37,091 nt of DNA from an uncultured Syntrophaceae bacterium (GTDB lineage Bacteria; Desulfobacterota; Syntrophia; Syntrophales; UBA2210): contig CAZAST010000001.1 of the NCBI GenBank assembly GCA_964487805.1, positions 1-37,091 of the forward strand, read 5' to 3'. Each line of letters starts with the position of its first letter. Position 1 is the first letter of the stretch. Shown one piece after another: positions 8,962 to 19,439 of the stretch. Position numbers and translations under genes: made by a program. Below the pieces are notes generated by a model that was not told where the DNA came from, ran no database searches, and was given only the letters and a program-made list of their open reading frames with translations.

Positions 8962-9978
8962 ATGAGAAACGCACGGATACTGGTAACGGGCGGAGCCGGA
9001 TATATCGGAAGCCACACCTGTCTGGCCCTCCTCGAGGCAGGGTATGACGTGGTGGTCGTCGACAGTCTTGTCAACAGCAAGGAGGAATCACTCAGAAGGG
9101 TACAGCAGATCGTGGGCAGATCCCTGACCTTTCATCGGGTGGATCTGCTCGATACCGATGCCCTCGACAGGGTATTTCACGAAACCCCGATCGACGCGGT
9201 TATCCATTTCGCGGGGCTCAAAGCGGTGGGCGAGTCGGTCGCCATGCCGCTTCGCTACTATTACAACAACGTCACGGGGACGCTCCATCTGTGCGAGTCG
9301 ATGCGCCGGCACGGCGTCAGGAAGCTGGTCTTCAGCTCGTCCGCGACAGTCTATGGCGAACCCCGCACGGTCCCCATCACGGAGGAATTTCCTCTGGCGC
9401 CCGGAAACCCCTATGGCCGGACCAAGATGATGATCGAAGAGATCCTGCGCGACATCCCCGCGTCCGGTGAGGCGTGGGATATCGCCCTCCTGCGGTATTT
9501 CAACCCGGTGGGGGCCCATCCCAGCGGGCTCATCGGGGAAGACCCGAACGGCATACCGAACAATCTCTTCCCCTACATCGCGCAGGTCGCGGTCGGCAAG
9601 CGGGAGAAACTGTCCGTTTTCGGCAGCGACTATCCCACGGCGGACGGGACGGGCGTCAGAGATTATATCCACGTTATGGACCTGGCGGAGGGACACCTGA
9701 AGGCGCTGAAAAAACTGGTCTCGAATCCCGGCATCGTCATTTACAATCTCGGAACCGGACGGGGATACAGCGTCCTTGAGATCATCGATCAGTTTCAGAA
9801 GGCCTCCGGCCGAACGATACCTTATGAGATCACGGGCCGCCGCGCGGGCGATATTGCGGCCTGTTATGCAGATCCCTCAAAGGCGAAGCGTGAGATGGGG
9901 TGGTCGGTTACACGGGGGATCGAGGAGATGTGCGCCGACGCGTGGCGATGGCAGTCCCGCAACCCCGACGGATATTAA
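8962..9978 (+). CDS. galE: UDP-glucose 4-epimerase GalE
   Basis: Starts [18 protein letters not shown] (GxxGxxG), has the catalytic YGRTK (YxxxK), and is 338 aa. The ORF-track start at 8932 adds 10 non-conserved residues. Confidence 0.92.
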   Translation: MRNARILVTGGAGYIGSHTCLALLEAGYDVVVVDSLVNSKEESLRRVQQIVGRSLTFHRVDLLDTDALDRVFHETPIDAVIHFAGLKAVGESVAMPLRYYYNNVTGTLHLCESMRRHGVRKLVFSSSATVYGEPRTVPITEEFPLAPGNPYGRTKMMIEEILRDIPASGEAWDIALLRYFNPVGAHPSGLIGEDPNGIPNNLFPYIAQVAVGKREKLSVFGSDYPTADGTGVRDYIHVMDLAEGHLKALKKLVSNPGIVIYNLGTGRGYSVLEIIDQFQKASGRTIPYEITGRRAGDIAACYADPSKAKREMGWSVTRGIEEMCADAWRWQSRNPDGY

Positions 9979-10001
9979 ATCGAAAGCCGAAGATCGGGAT
10001 C

Positions 10002-12692
10002 ATGACTGAAAAACCCTCACAGCCCTCGGTATTTCTTGTTGACGGAACGAATTATATCTATCGGGCCTTTTACGCGATCCGCGGGCTTGCCACCTCCCGG
10101 GGATTTCCCACCAACGCGATCTACGGATTTACGAACATGCTGATGAAACTCTGCCGCGACTGGACCCCGGACTATATCGCTGTCGCCTTCGACGCGAAGG
10201 GACCCACCTTTCGGCACGAGGCCTACGATCAGTACAAGGCAACCCGAAAGGCCATGCCCGATGAACTCCGTCCCCAGATCGATCCCATCAAGGAGATCGT
10301 GCGCGGGTTTTCCATTACGGTCATCGAAAAACAGGGGATCGAGGCAGACGACATCATCGGGACTCTGGCGAGGCGGTTCGGCGGAGCGGGAATGAAAGTT
10401 GTCATCGCCTCCGGCGACAAGGATCTGATGCAGCTTGTCTCGGACAACATCCTGATGGTTGATACAATGAAGGATATTTCCTACGATGTTGAGGGTGTCA
10501 GGAAACGGTTCGGCGTGGGCCCTGATCGGGTGATCGATATCCTGGGGCTCGCGGGCGACGCATCCGATAACGTTCCCGGTGTCCCCGGCGTGGGCGAAAA
10601 GACGGCCCTCAAACTGGTGAACCAGTTCGGTTCTCTTGAAGGTGTCCTGGAAAATGCGGAAAGGGTTGCGGCGAAAGGGCTGAGCGAAAGACTGAAAGAA
10701 TTTGCCGATCAGGCCCGAATGAGCAGGGAACTGGTCACGATCAGGACTGACGTCCCGGTCAGCTATGATTTGGAAGACCTTCGATTCAAAAAACCCGACG
10801 CGGAGATCCTGAAGGAGATCTTCCACCGCTTCGAGTTTCCCGGCCTCATCGCGCGGCTGGATGAGGGGAGAGAAAAAAATGAAGAGGAAGAGTCGGACTA
10901 CCTCCTGATCACGGGTGATAAGGAGCGTGCCTTGTTTCTCGATGAGATGCGCGGTGACGGCGAATTCGCCTTCGATCTGCAGATGACCTCCGATGAGGCG
11001 GTCAGGACCGGGATCGTGGGGATCTCTCTCTGCTCGCGAGCGGGAAAGGCCGGCTATATTCCCCTGGCCTACTCGGGGGAGGGGGTTCAAAAGGGGTTTG
11101 ACGCGGACGCGGCTCTGGCGAGCGTCGGAGAACTCCTCTCCGACGGGACGTTGAAGAAATTCGGACACGACTGCAAGGCGGCGATCCTCGCCCTCAGACG
11201 CAAGGGGATACCCCTGAAGGGGGAGGTGTCGGATGTCATGTTGGCGGCCTATGTCCTCGATCCCTCGCGGCGCGGGTATGACCTGCCCGATCTCGTCCGG
11301 GAGCAGTATGGCATTACCATCCCCTCCCGCAAGGACCTGAGGGGGAGCGGCGCCAGGGAGATCCCTTTCGCTGCCGTTCCTCTCGAAGACGCGGCCCCGT
11401 ATGCCTGCCGCCGGGCGGACTTTGTCTTCCGGCTCGCCCCGCTCCTCGCCGAACGGATGGAGAAGGCGGGACTGAAGGAACTCTTCGATGACGTCGAGAT
11501 GCCTCTTATTGGAGTACTGGCGGCGATGGAGAAGAAAGGGGTTCTCCTCGATCTGGATCTCCTGGGAGAGATGTCAGGGCAGCTGGGACAGCTCCTGGAG
11601 ATATCCGAGGAGAAGATATACCGCCTGGCCGGGGAACGGTTCAACATCAACTCGCCGAAGCAGCTCCAGGTGGTTCTCTTCGAGAAGCTTGGCCTCCCCC
11701 GGGGGAGGAAGACAAAGGCGGGGTACTCGACGGACGTGGACGTCCTGACGAATCTCGCGCGGTCCTATGAGCTTCCGGCGGAGATCCTCGCCTATCGCAG
11801 CCTGATGAAGCTCAGGTCGACCTATGTCGACGCTCTTCCCCTCCTCGTCAATCCGGAGACGGGGCGAGTCCACACCTCGTACAATCAGACGATGACGGCC
11901 ACGGGGAGACTCTCGAGCAGCAATCCCAATCTCCAGAACATCCCGATCAGGACGACCGAGGGGAAGCGGATCCGCCAGGCCTTCATCGCTCCCGAAGGAT
12001 TTCGAATTGTCTCAGCCGACTACTCCCAGATCGAGCTGCGCATCCTGGCCCACCTCTCCGGGGACGAACTGCTCCTGGAGGCGTTCCGGTCGGGAGAGGA
12101 TATCCACACGAAGACCGCCTCCGACATATTCGGCGTCTTTCCGGGGATGGTCAGCGAGGAGATGCGCCGGGAGGCGAAGGTGATCAACTTCGGCGTCATA
12201 TACGGGATGAGCGCCTTCGGCCTCTCCCGTGAGCTGAACATAAGCCAGAAAAAGGCGCAGGAGTACATCGACGGCTACTTTTCCCGTTTCTCCGGCGTCC
12301 GTGCCTTCATAGACGGGCTGGTGGAGGGGGCGCGCGAGCGGGGATTCGTCACGACGCTCCTGAATCGCCGGCGCTATCTCCCGGATATCAACGGCTCGAA
12401 TGCCCAGGTCCGCCAGTTTGCCGAGCGGACGGCGATCAACACCCCCATACAGGGGACGGCGGCCGACCTGATCAAGGTGGCGATGCTCAGGATCGCCGGG
12501 GAGATCGAGGAGCGGAAGCTGGCCGCCCGTATGATCATGCAGGTGCACGACGAGCTCGTCTTCGAGGTCCCTGAAGGGGAAGTGGAGGAGGTCATGGAGC
12601 TCGTGAGACGACAGATGGAGGGGGTGATAGATCTGAAGGTGCCTCTGAAGGTGGAGATCGCCTCCGGGAAGAACTGGGACGAGGCGCACTGA
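10002..12692 (+). CDS. polA: DNA polymerase I
   Basis: Has a 5'-nuclease N-terminus (VFLVDGTNYIYRAFYA), motif A DYSQIELRILAH, motif B RREAKVINFGVIYG and motif C QVHDELVFE. It is 896 aa from the ATG at 10002. The extension to 9900 overlaps galE. Confidence 0.95.
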   Translation: MTEKPSQPSVFLVDGTNYIYRAFYAIRGLATSRGFPTNAIYGFTNMLMKLCRDWTPDYIAVAFDAKGPTFRHEAYDQYKATRKAMPDELRPQIDPIKEIVRGFSITVIEKQGIEADDIIGTLARRFGGAGMKVVIASGDKDLMQLVSDNILMVDTMKDISYDVEGVRKRFGVGPDRVIDILGLAGDASDNVPGVPGVGEKTALKLVNQFGSLEGVLENAERVAAKGLSERLKEFADQARMSRELVTIRTDVPVSYDLEDLRFKKPDAEILKEIFHRFEFPGLIARLDEGREKNEEEESDYLLITGDKERALFLDEMRGDGEFAFDLQMTSDEAVRTGIVGISLCSRAGKAGYIPLAYSGEGVQKGFDADAALASVGELLSDGTLKKFGHDCKAAILALRRKGIPLKGEVSDVMLAAYVLDPSRRGYDLPDLVREQYGITIPSRKDLRGSGAREIPFAAVPLEDAAPYACRRADFVFRLAPLLAERMEKAGLKELFDDVEMPLIGVLAAMEKKGVLLDLDLLGEMSGQLGQLLEISEEKIYRLAGERFNINSPKQLQVVLFEKLGLPRGRKTKAGYSTDVDVLTNLARSYELPAEILAYRSLMKLRSTYVDALPLLVNPETGRVHTSYNQTMTATGRLSSSNPNLQNIPIRTTEGKRIRQAFIAPEGFRIVSADYSQIELRILAHLSGDELLLEAFRSGEDIHTKTASDIFGVFPGMVSEEMRREAKVINFGVIYGMSAFGLSRELNISQKKAQEYIDGYFSRFSGVRAFIDGLVEGARERGFVTTLLNRRRYLPDINGSNAQVRQFAERTAINTPIQGTAADLIKVAMLRIAGEIEERKLAARMIMQVHDELVFEVPEGEVEEVMELVRRQMEGVIDLKVPLKVEIASGKNWDEAH

Positions 12693-12781
12693 GCCTGTTT
12701 TATATATAAGTGCGGAAGCACGCAATGGCTGTAAATAAATGCCGTCGCATCTACAACGATTCGAGGAGGAAGAACGGAACA

Positions 12782-13498
12782 ATGGCGATTATCGAGTGGA
12801 AGAAAGACGGAACGGTCGCGATCATGACAATGAACACCAGTGAGAACAGGCACAACCCGGATTTCAACCGGGTGATCCTGGAGATTTTCGACGAAATCGA
12901 GGCTGATGAGGAGACCTCCTCCGTGGTCATCACGTCGAGCGATGAGAAGAACTGGTCCCTGGGGATCGATGTGGAATGGATCATGGGGGCCATAGGGGGG
13001 GGCGAGATTGAGGCGGTCAAGGAGTTCACCTACGGCCTGGGGAAGATCTTCACCCGGATCCTGGAGTTTCCCATGCCCGTGATCGCGTCGATGAACGGAC
13101 ATACCTTCGGGGACGGGACCATCATGGCCTGCGCCTGCGATTTCCGGTTTATGAAGGCGGATCGGGGGTACTTCTGTTTCCCCGAGGTGGATATCAATAT
13201 CCCCTTCCTTCCCTCCATGATTGCCATCATCCGGAAGGCGATCCCCGCTTACAAGCTGTATGAGCTGGTTTGCACCGGCAAAAGGGCGACCGCGAAGGAA
13301 CTCGAGGAAAGCCACGTGATCGTCAAGGCCTGTACTGATGCGGGAACCCTTCTGAAAGAGGCGATCGCTTTCGCACGGACCTTCGCCAAGGGGCGGTGGA
13401 TATTCGGGGAGAACAAGCGGCGGTTCCACAGACATATCATCGAAATCATCGAGAAGGACGATCCGGCGTTCATAGAGAACCCCGCCCAATGGACGTAA
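12782..13498 (+). CDS. enoyl-CoA hydratase/isomerase (crotonase-fold) family protein
   Basis: Shows the crotonase pattern DGTVAIMTMNTSENRHN and ASMNGHTFGDGTIMACACDFRF. The ATG at 12782 is preceded by AGGAGGAAG. The substrate cannot be assigned. Confidence 0.78.
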   Translation: MAIIEWKKDGTVAIMTMNTSENRHNPDFNRVILEIFDEIEADEETSSVVITSSDEKNWSLGIDVEWIMGAIGGGEIEAVKEFTYGLGKIFTRILEFPMPVIASMNGHTFGDGTIMACACDFRFMKADRGYFCFPEVDINIPFLPSMIAIIRKAIPAYKLYELVCTGKRATAKELEESHVIVKACTDAGTLLKEAIAFARTFAKGRWIFGENKRRFHRHIIEIIEKDDPAFIENPAQWT

Positions 13499-14736
13499 GA
13501 ACGCTTATCGTTGTCGGCGGGGGCCCGGCCGGGATGATGGCCGCCGGGCAGGCCGCTGCGGCGGGAGCCCGGACGTTTCTCCTGGAAAAGATGCCCCGCC
13601 CTGGACGCAAACTCGCGATTACGGGGAAGGGGCGGTGCAATCTCACCAATGTGGCCTCCCCCGCCGAGTTCGTCTCGCACTTCGGGGATACCGGCCCCTT
13701 CCTCAGGCAGGCCTTCCACCGTTTTTCAAACGATGATCTTGTGGCGTTCTTTGAGGAACTGGAGGTGCCCACCGTCGTCGAGCGTGGGGGACGGATCTTC
13801 CCGGCGAGCAGCCGGGCGTACGACGTGGTGGATGCCCTCACAAAGTGGATGGGCAGGCAGGATGTGGTGGTGTACAGCGGAGTGTCCGTTGAGGGCCTCC
13901 TGATCGACGGGGGGCAGGTGCGCGGTGTCCGAGATTCCGCGGGACGGGAATATCATGCCCATGGGGCGATTGTTGCGACAGGGGGGGTGTCATACCCCGC
14001 CACGGGGTCGACCGGGGACGGATACCGCCTGGCAGCCGCGGCGGGCCATAGGGTTGTGCCGATTCGCCCTGCCTTGGTTCCTTTGGAGACAAAGGGGGAT
14101 ACGGCGGCGCGTCTGCAAGGCCTCAGCCTCCGCAACGTGAAAGTCGCCATTTTTGTTGGGGGAAACAGGAGTGCCGAGGCTTTTGGCGAGATGCTTTTCA
14201 CCCACTTTGGCATATCGGGGCCGGTCATTCTCTCACTCAGCCGAACGGTTGTGGACGCTTTGGATGCCGGAAAGCAGGTGGGCGTCTCCATCGATCTGAA
14301 GCCCGCCCTTCATGAGCGCGTATTGGATGAGCGTCTCCTGCGCGATTTTGATCACCACGGAAAACGGAAATTCGAGACACTGCTCAAGGGGCTCCTCCCA
14401 ACGAAGATGATCCCCCTCTGTGTGGAGCAGGTCGGCATCCCGCCGGAGCGGAGGGGACACCAGATCACTGCGGGGGAGCGGGAGCGCCTGCGAGGGTGGC
14501 TCAAGGATTTTCGTCTGGAGGTAACGGGAGGGCGTTCCGTGGACGAGGCGATCGTGACGGCAGGAGGGATCGATACACGGGAAATCGATCCCCGGACCAT
14601 GGCGTCACGCCTTGTGAAGGGCCTTTACTTCGCCGGGGAGGTCATTGATGTAGACGCCGATACGGGAGGATACAATCTTCAGGCTGCCTTCTCCACGGGA
14701 TGGCTCGCGGGAAGATCGGCGGCCGCGGGGGGATGA
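13489..14736 (+). CDS. NAD(P)/FAD-dependent oxidoreductase, HI0933/YhiN/BaiN family
   Basis: Starts MDVRTLIVVGGGPAGMMAA (dinucleotide fold). It carries the GKGRCNLTN motif and a C-terminal GEVIDVDADTGGYNLQ typical of this flavoprotein family. The start overlaps the upstream gene by 10 nt. Confidence 0.85.
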   Translation: MDVRTLIVVGGGPAGMMAAGQAAAAGARTFLLEKMPRPGRKLAITGKGRCNLTNVASPAEFVSHFGDTGPFLRQAFHRFSNDDLVAFFEELEVPTVVERGGRIFPASSRAYDVVDALTKWMGRQDVVVYSGVSVEGLLIDGGQVRGVRDSAGREYHAHGAIVATGGVSYPATGSTGDGYRLAAAAGHRVVPIRPALVPLETKGDTAARLQGLSLRNVKVAIFVGGNRSAEAFGEMLFTHFGISGPVILSLSRTVVDALDAGKQVGVSIDLKPALHERVLDERLLRDFDHHGKRKFETLLKGLLPTKMIPLCVEQVGIPPERRGHQITAGERERLRGWLKDFRLEVTGGRSVDEAIVTAGGIDTREIDPRTMASRLVKGLYFAGEVIDVDADTGGYNLQAAFSTGWLAGRSAAAGG

Positions 14737-14770
14737 CAGCACGTCGGATGCTGCTGCCGGACCTATCTTT

Positions 14771-15094
14771 TTAAGGGGAAAGGGCGTCCGCCCCGGGCGG
14801 CACTTCAATCGCTTCACGTACCTGGAATTTTTCCTCTTCGATCCGCCGTATGATCTCTTCGATTGAGATCATGGAATCTTCAAACCGCACGCTCACCGTG
14901 TCTGTCTGGCCGTCCAGCTTGAACGCGATGATATCGGACCTTTTCAGGATAGAACTTATCCTGGCCCTTCCCGATCAGCCCCAGCACCCGGATACCTTCA
15001 GGTCATAGACTCTGACGGCGGCTGAAGAGCTTTGGGCGTATGCGCCAAGGAGCAGGAACAGGAAAAGTGCGATCGTGGTCTTTCGTGCAGTCAT
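14771..15094 (-). CDS. candidate selenoprotein: secreted heavy-metal-associated (MerP/CopZ-like) protein with CxxU motif, via TGA read-through at 14975..14977
   Basis: The ATG at 15094 lies 4 nt after the ppiD stop. Translation gives a signal peptide MTARKTTIALFLFLLLGAYAQSSSA, then VRVYDLKVSGCWG-[TGA]-SGRARISSILKRSDIIAFKLDGQTDTVSVRFEDSMISIEEIIRRIEEEKFQVREAIEV...TAA. The frame stays open for 67 codons after the TGA. The periodicity matches the beta-alpha-beta-beta-alpha-beta HMA fold, with the TGA at the second Cys of GMTCxxC. A SECIS-like hairpin follows. Confidence 0.55.
14936..14967 (-). promoter_or_regulatory. candidate bacterial SECIS hairpin
   Basis: The mRNA reads GGGC-CAGGAUA-[AGUUC]-UAUCCUG-AAAA-GGUCC, starting 7 nt after the UGA. 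It has a 7-bp upper stem, a 5-nt apical loop containing GU that begins 18 nt after the UGA, and a 4-bp lower stem across a 3'-side bulge. Confidence 0.45.
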
Positions 15095-15097
15095 CGG

Positions 15098-16696
15098 TTA
15101 CAGATCCTCGACGGTTTTGAGTATTTTGAGCCTTCCTGCGTTCATCATCCTCTCTCTGGTTTCGCCGAGCCAGGCGAGAAAGGCGGCCTCTCCTTTCAAC
15201 TGGAGGAGGGCGGCCTTCATCGTATCTTTGTTCGCCGCCCATTCCTTTTCGTTCGGTGTCGCCTCTTCCGTAAGCCTGATAACGAAATAATTCCCATCGA
15301 CAAAGAACGCCCTGTCAGGGGTCGGTTCTTTCGCCGACATCTCGAATATGGCATCTTCCATTTCCGGGGAGTAACCGATCTTCGGTATCTCAGGGCCGGG
15401 CTGGAATAATCCGGTTTGGGACACCGTCAACCCTTCCTTTCGTGAGAGTGCCGTCATATCGGTTCCGTCTCTGAGACCGCTGTTGATCCGTTCGGCTTTT
15501 CCCCTGGCCTTCTCTATGGCCTGGCTTTCCGCATAGCTTGTTTTAACCGTATCGAGAACCTCTGTGAGCTCAGGCACGCGGGACGGCTTCAGTGATACAA
15601 GCCGAAAGACGTAATGTCCGCTGTTGCCGGAAAAGAGGCGTCCCAGATCGCCCTCCTGCAAGTCGAACACATATTCTCCCATCTCCTGCATTCCCGCGAA
15701 CTCGCCGGAAAGGGGGGCGTTGCGGGGAAAGGAGGTTGTCTGTATGGTATACCCCTGCTTTTTAGCGTATTCTTCGAAGTTTTCCTCCTGATAGATGGTA
15801 TCATGCGCCGTTGTTGCTTCCTTGAAGGCCATGTCCATTCCCCGTATCGATTTCAGTCTGGAGACGATTTCGTCGCGTACCTTCGGAAGCGGTTTCACGG
15901 TTCCGCTTTCCGTGAATTCTTCTTCATGATACCGGTAGTATTCCTCTATCTCGTCATCCGCTATATGGGCGGCTCCTGCAAAGCGCTCCCCGTCGAAACG
16001 GATATATTCGATAGCTGCCATCTGCGGCATTCTGAACTCTTCCTTGTGCTCCTCAAAATACGCCAGAATCTCCTCTTGGGAAGGTTTGCCTGCGCTCTTT
16101 GCGGGTTCCGTGGGTATCCGTATGAAACGTATGTTGACCTTTCTGTTCTGAAGCCGGTATGCCTCATACACCTCCTGTTCGGACACCTTTGCCGATTCCC
16201 TGATGAGACGCTCCACCTTTCCGGTGGAGAGAGCTTTTCTTTGCATGTCCTCGAAGGTCTCCGGCGTCATTCGCTGATAGCGGAGGATACGCTGGTACAG
16301 GTCGTTATTGAAGGCTCCATCCCTTTGAAAGGCCGGATAGGAAAGGATGGATGCCTGCAATTCGCTATCGCCTACCCGTAGATTCCATTCGTCCGCTTTA
16401 GCCAGCATGATCGCCTGGGTAATGACACTGTCGAAGGCCTGCTCCTTGAGATTGATCTGCTTGAGCAGATCGTCGGTGAGACGATCGCCATATCGCTCGC
16501 GGTAAAATTCGAACAGGTTCTGGTATTCGTCCCGGAATTGAGCGTGAGCTATCCGCGCACCGTCTATGATGGCGATCGTTTCAGTCTCCTGCCTTCCCCG
16601 CATGGATCCGAAGTAGAAGACGAATACGAGGATAATAATACCAAGCACAACCTTCATGAGCCAGTTCCTGGCGTGTTTCCGCATCAGTTGGAGCAT
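15098..16696 (-). CDS. ppiD: periplasmic chaperone / peptidyl-prolyl isomerase PpiD-like (SurA-N domain protein)
   Basis: Starts MLQLMRKHARNWLMKVVLGIIILVFVFYFG, an N-terminal membrane anchor. A long SurA_N/PpiD-like chaperone region follows. It is 532 aa from the ATG at 16696. Confidence 0.82.
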   Translation of the reverse strand: MLQLMRKHARNWLMKVVLGIIILVFVFYFGSMRGRQETETIAIIDGARIAHAQFRDEYQNLFEFYRERYGDRLTDDLLKQINLKEQAFDSVITQAIMLAKADEWNLRVGDSELQASILSYPAFQRDGAFNNDLYQRILRYQRMTPETFEDMQRKALSTGKVERLIRESAKVSEQEVYEAYRLQNRKVNIRFIRIPTEPAKSAGKPSQEEILAYFEEHKEEFRMPQMAAIEYIRFDGERFAGAAHIADDEIEEYYRYHEEEFTESGTVKPLPKVRDEIVSRLKSIRGMDMAFKEATTAHDTIYQEENFEEYAKKQGYTIQTTSFPRNAPLSGEFAGMQEMGEYVFDLQEGDLGRLFSGNSGHYVFRLVSLKPSRVPELTEVLDTVKTSYAESQAIEKARGKAERINSGLRDGTDMTALSRKEGLTVSQTGLFQPGPEIPKIGYSPEMEDAIFEMSAKEPTPDRAFFVDGNYFVIRLTEEATPNEKEWAANKDTMKAALLQLKGEAAFLAWLGETRERMMNAGRLKILKTVEDL

Positions 16697-16889
16697 ATCT
16701 TCACGTGCTGCCTTTCCTCTTTGATGTGGTGAATTACTAGTATAGTACCATGCAAAATGCAATGATTTTCTAAAGAAAGAGAGACCGCGCCTGATATCCG
16801 AAATGCCGGGGCCTCAACCGCTGATTTTGTATGATAAATAGCAGAGTGTGTATGCTCAAAAATCCGTTATTCCGGAAAATTGTTTTTAT

Positions 16890-16918
16890 TTGATTAGGGT
16901 ATTGAAATACTGTATAAG
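16890..16918 (+). promoter_or_regulatory. candidate sigma70 promoter of the mreB operon
   Basis: TTGATT (16890..16895), a 17-nt spacer, then TATAAG (16913..16918), 35 nt upstream of the mreB start. Confidence 0.45.
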
Positions 16919-16934
16919 CAAAAGCCAATCATGA

Positions 16935-17990
<1,056 letters not shown>

Positions 17991-18102
17991 CCAATCAGCA
18001 TCAGGAAACACACATCTTTTTTCCCGGAGCCTCCGCCTTCTGTGTGCTGCAAGCCTTCTAGCTGTGTCAGTGTATGGACTAGCCTGCCTAAGAGAGCAAA
18101 AG

Positions 18103-18930
18103 ATGGCGTCCCCTAAAAAATTGTACACGATGGTTGCGGTTCTTATTCTTGTTGCGGTTTCTCTCATAAGCTTTTCCCTGTATTTCAAATCACCAGACAA
18201 AACGGGTTTTTTCAGAGGGATCGTTCTGGAAGCGGCGGCTCCTTTGGGTCATGCTGTCAATTCGGCGCTGGGCTCTGTAGGGACGGCATGGAAGCGGTAT
18301 GTCATGCTGGTGAAGCTGGAAGAGCAAAACAGGCGGTTGGCACAAACTCTTGAGTCTTTGAAGCGGGAGGCAAATGATCTGCGCGAGATGTCTCTCGAAT
18401 GCGTGAGACTGCGGCAGCTCATGGATATGAAGAAGGATCTTGAGTTTCCGACTGTTGCGGCGAGTGTGACACGGAGAGACAGATTGTCCGTATTCTGGAC
18501 GGTACTGCTCAATAAGGGAAGCTCTGACGGGATAGAGATCGGCTTTCCAGTGGTGACCGCGGAGGGTGTGGCAGGAAGAATTATAGAGGTTTCGTGGAAC
18601 GCATCCAAGGCACTTCTTCTTGTGGATTATAACAGTAATATAGACGCCCTTGTGCAGAGAACCCGATGTCAGGGAGTGCTGCAGGGTTCCGGAAGTTCGG
18701 GATGCGAATTGAAGTATGTCCAGAGAACCCAGGATGTGCAGGTGGGGGATGTGGTAATATCGTCGGGGCTTGACGGGGTCTTCCCCAAGGGGCTGGTGCT
18801 CGGAACGGTTGATGCGGTTGAAAGGAAAGATGCTGGCCTGTTCCAGCAAATCAGAGTGTCCCCCGTCCTTGACATAGGCAAACTGGAAGAGGTTGTGGTG
18901 ATCTTTCTGAAACGGGGAGATAATCAATGA
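18103..18930 (+). CDS. mreC: rod shape-determining protein MreC
   Basis: Has an N-terminal anchor (LYTMVAVLILVAVSLISF), a coiled coil (LEEQNRRLAQTLESLKREANDLRE) and a C-terminal beta domain. It lies between mreB and mreD. An alternative GTG start is at 18064. Confidence 0.85.
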   Translation: MASPKKLYTMVAVLILVAVSLISFSLYFKSPDKTGFFRGIVLEAAAPLGHAVNSALGSVGTAWKRYVMLVKLEEQNRRLAQTLESLKREANDLREMSLECVRLRQLMDMKKDLEFPTVAASVTRRDRLSVFWTVLLNKGSSDGIEIGFPVVTAEGVAGRIIEVSWNASKALLLVDYNSNIDALVQRTRCQGVLQGSGSSGCELKYVQRTQDVQVGDVVISSGLDGVFPKGLVLGTVDAVERKDAGLFQQIRVSPVLDIGKLEEVVVIFLKRGDNQ

Positions 18931-19439
18931 TATATTATCTGATGCTGCCGGTGGTTTCTCTCCTCCTGCTGACGATCCAGATAACCGTTTTTGATATATT
19001 GTTTCTGGGGAAAATCACTCCGGAGATATCAGTCGTGCTGGTCATCTACGCCGGTTTTTACCTGGGCGTCGTACGCGGAGGCGCTTTGTCCCTGGTACTG
19101 GGTTTCTTCATGGATTCCATGGTTGGCGTCGTGCCTGGTTTCTTCGTTTTCGCCTATCTTCTTATATTCCTGATTTCACATATCGTTTCATTCAGGATAT
19201 ATGCCGGAGGCATGATCTTTGCTGTCTGTTTTACACTTGCATCTGTGCTCCTGGAGAAATCACTGATACTTGTTGTCTATAAAGCACTATACGGGGTTAA
19301 CGTCCTCTACGACATACTCCCTATTTCATTGATCCAGGCTGCAGTTACCGGCGCATTGGCGCCGGTCCTTTTTGCCCTGTTCCGTCGTTTTGAGGGTGTG
19401 CTGAGTGTTTGGGAATCGAGATTATCTAACCAACTATGA
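18927..19439 (+). CDS. mreD: rod shape-determining protein MreD
   Basis: 170-aa polytopic membrane protein. Its ATG overlaps the mreC stop (ATGA), and the gene order is conserved. Confidence 0.8.
   Translation: MIYYLMLPVVSLLLLTIQITVFDILFLGKITPEISVVLVIYAGFYLGVVRGGALSLVLGFFMDSMVGVVPGFFVFAYLLIFLISHIVSFRIYAGGMIFAVCFTLASVLLEKSLILVVYKALYGVNVLYDILPISLIQAAVTGALAPVLFALFRRFEGVLSVWESRLSNQL

Noticed and set aside
10017-11168. 383-aa minus-strand ORF inside polA. Similar ORFs are 12012..12782 and 12374..13489.
   Set aside because: These are antisense shadow ORFs of strongly supported genes, with low-complexity Arg/Pro/Gly-rich translations.
14605-14817. 70-aa minus-strand ORF from the track.
   Set aside because: It mostly runs antisense to the 3' end of the flavoprotein gene and is out of frame with the HMA-like reading frame. 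The Arg/Ser/Pro-rich translation is not protein-like. The TGA read-through model explains the interval better.
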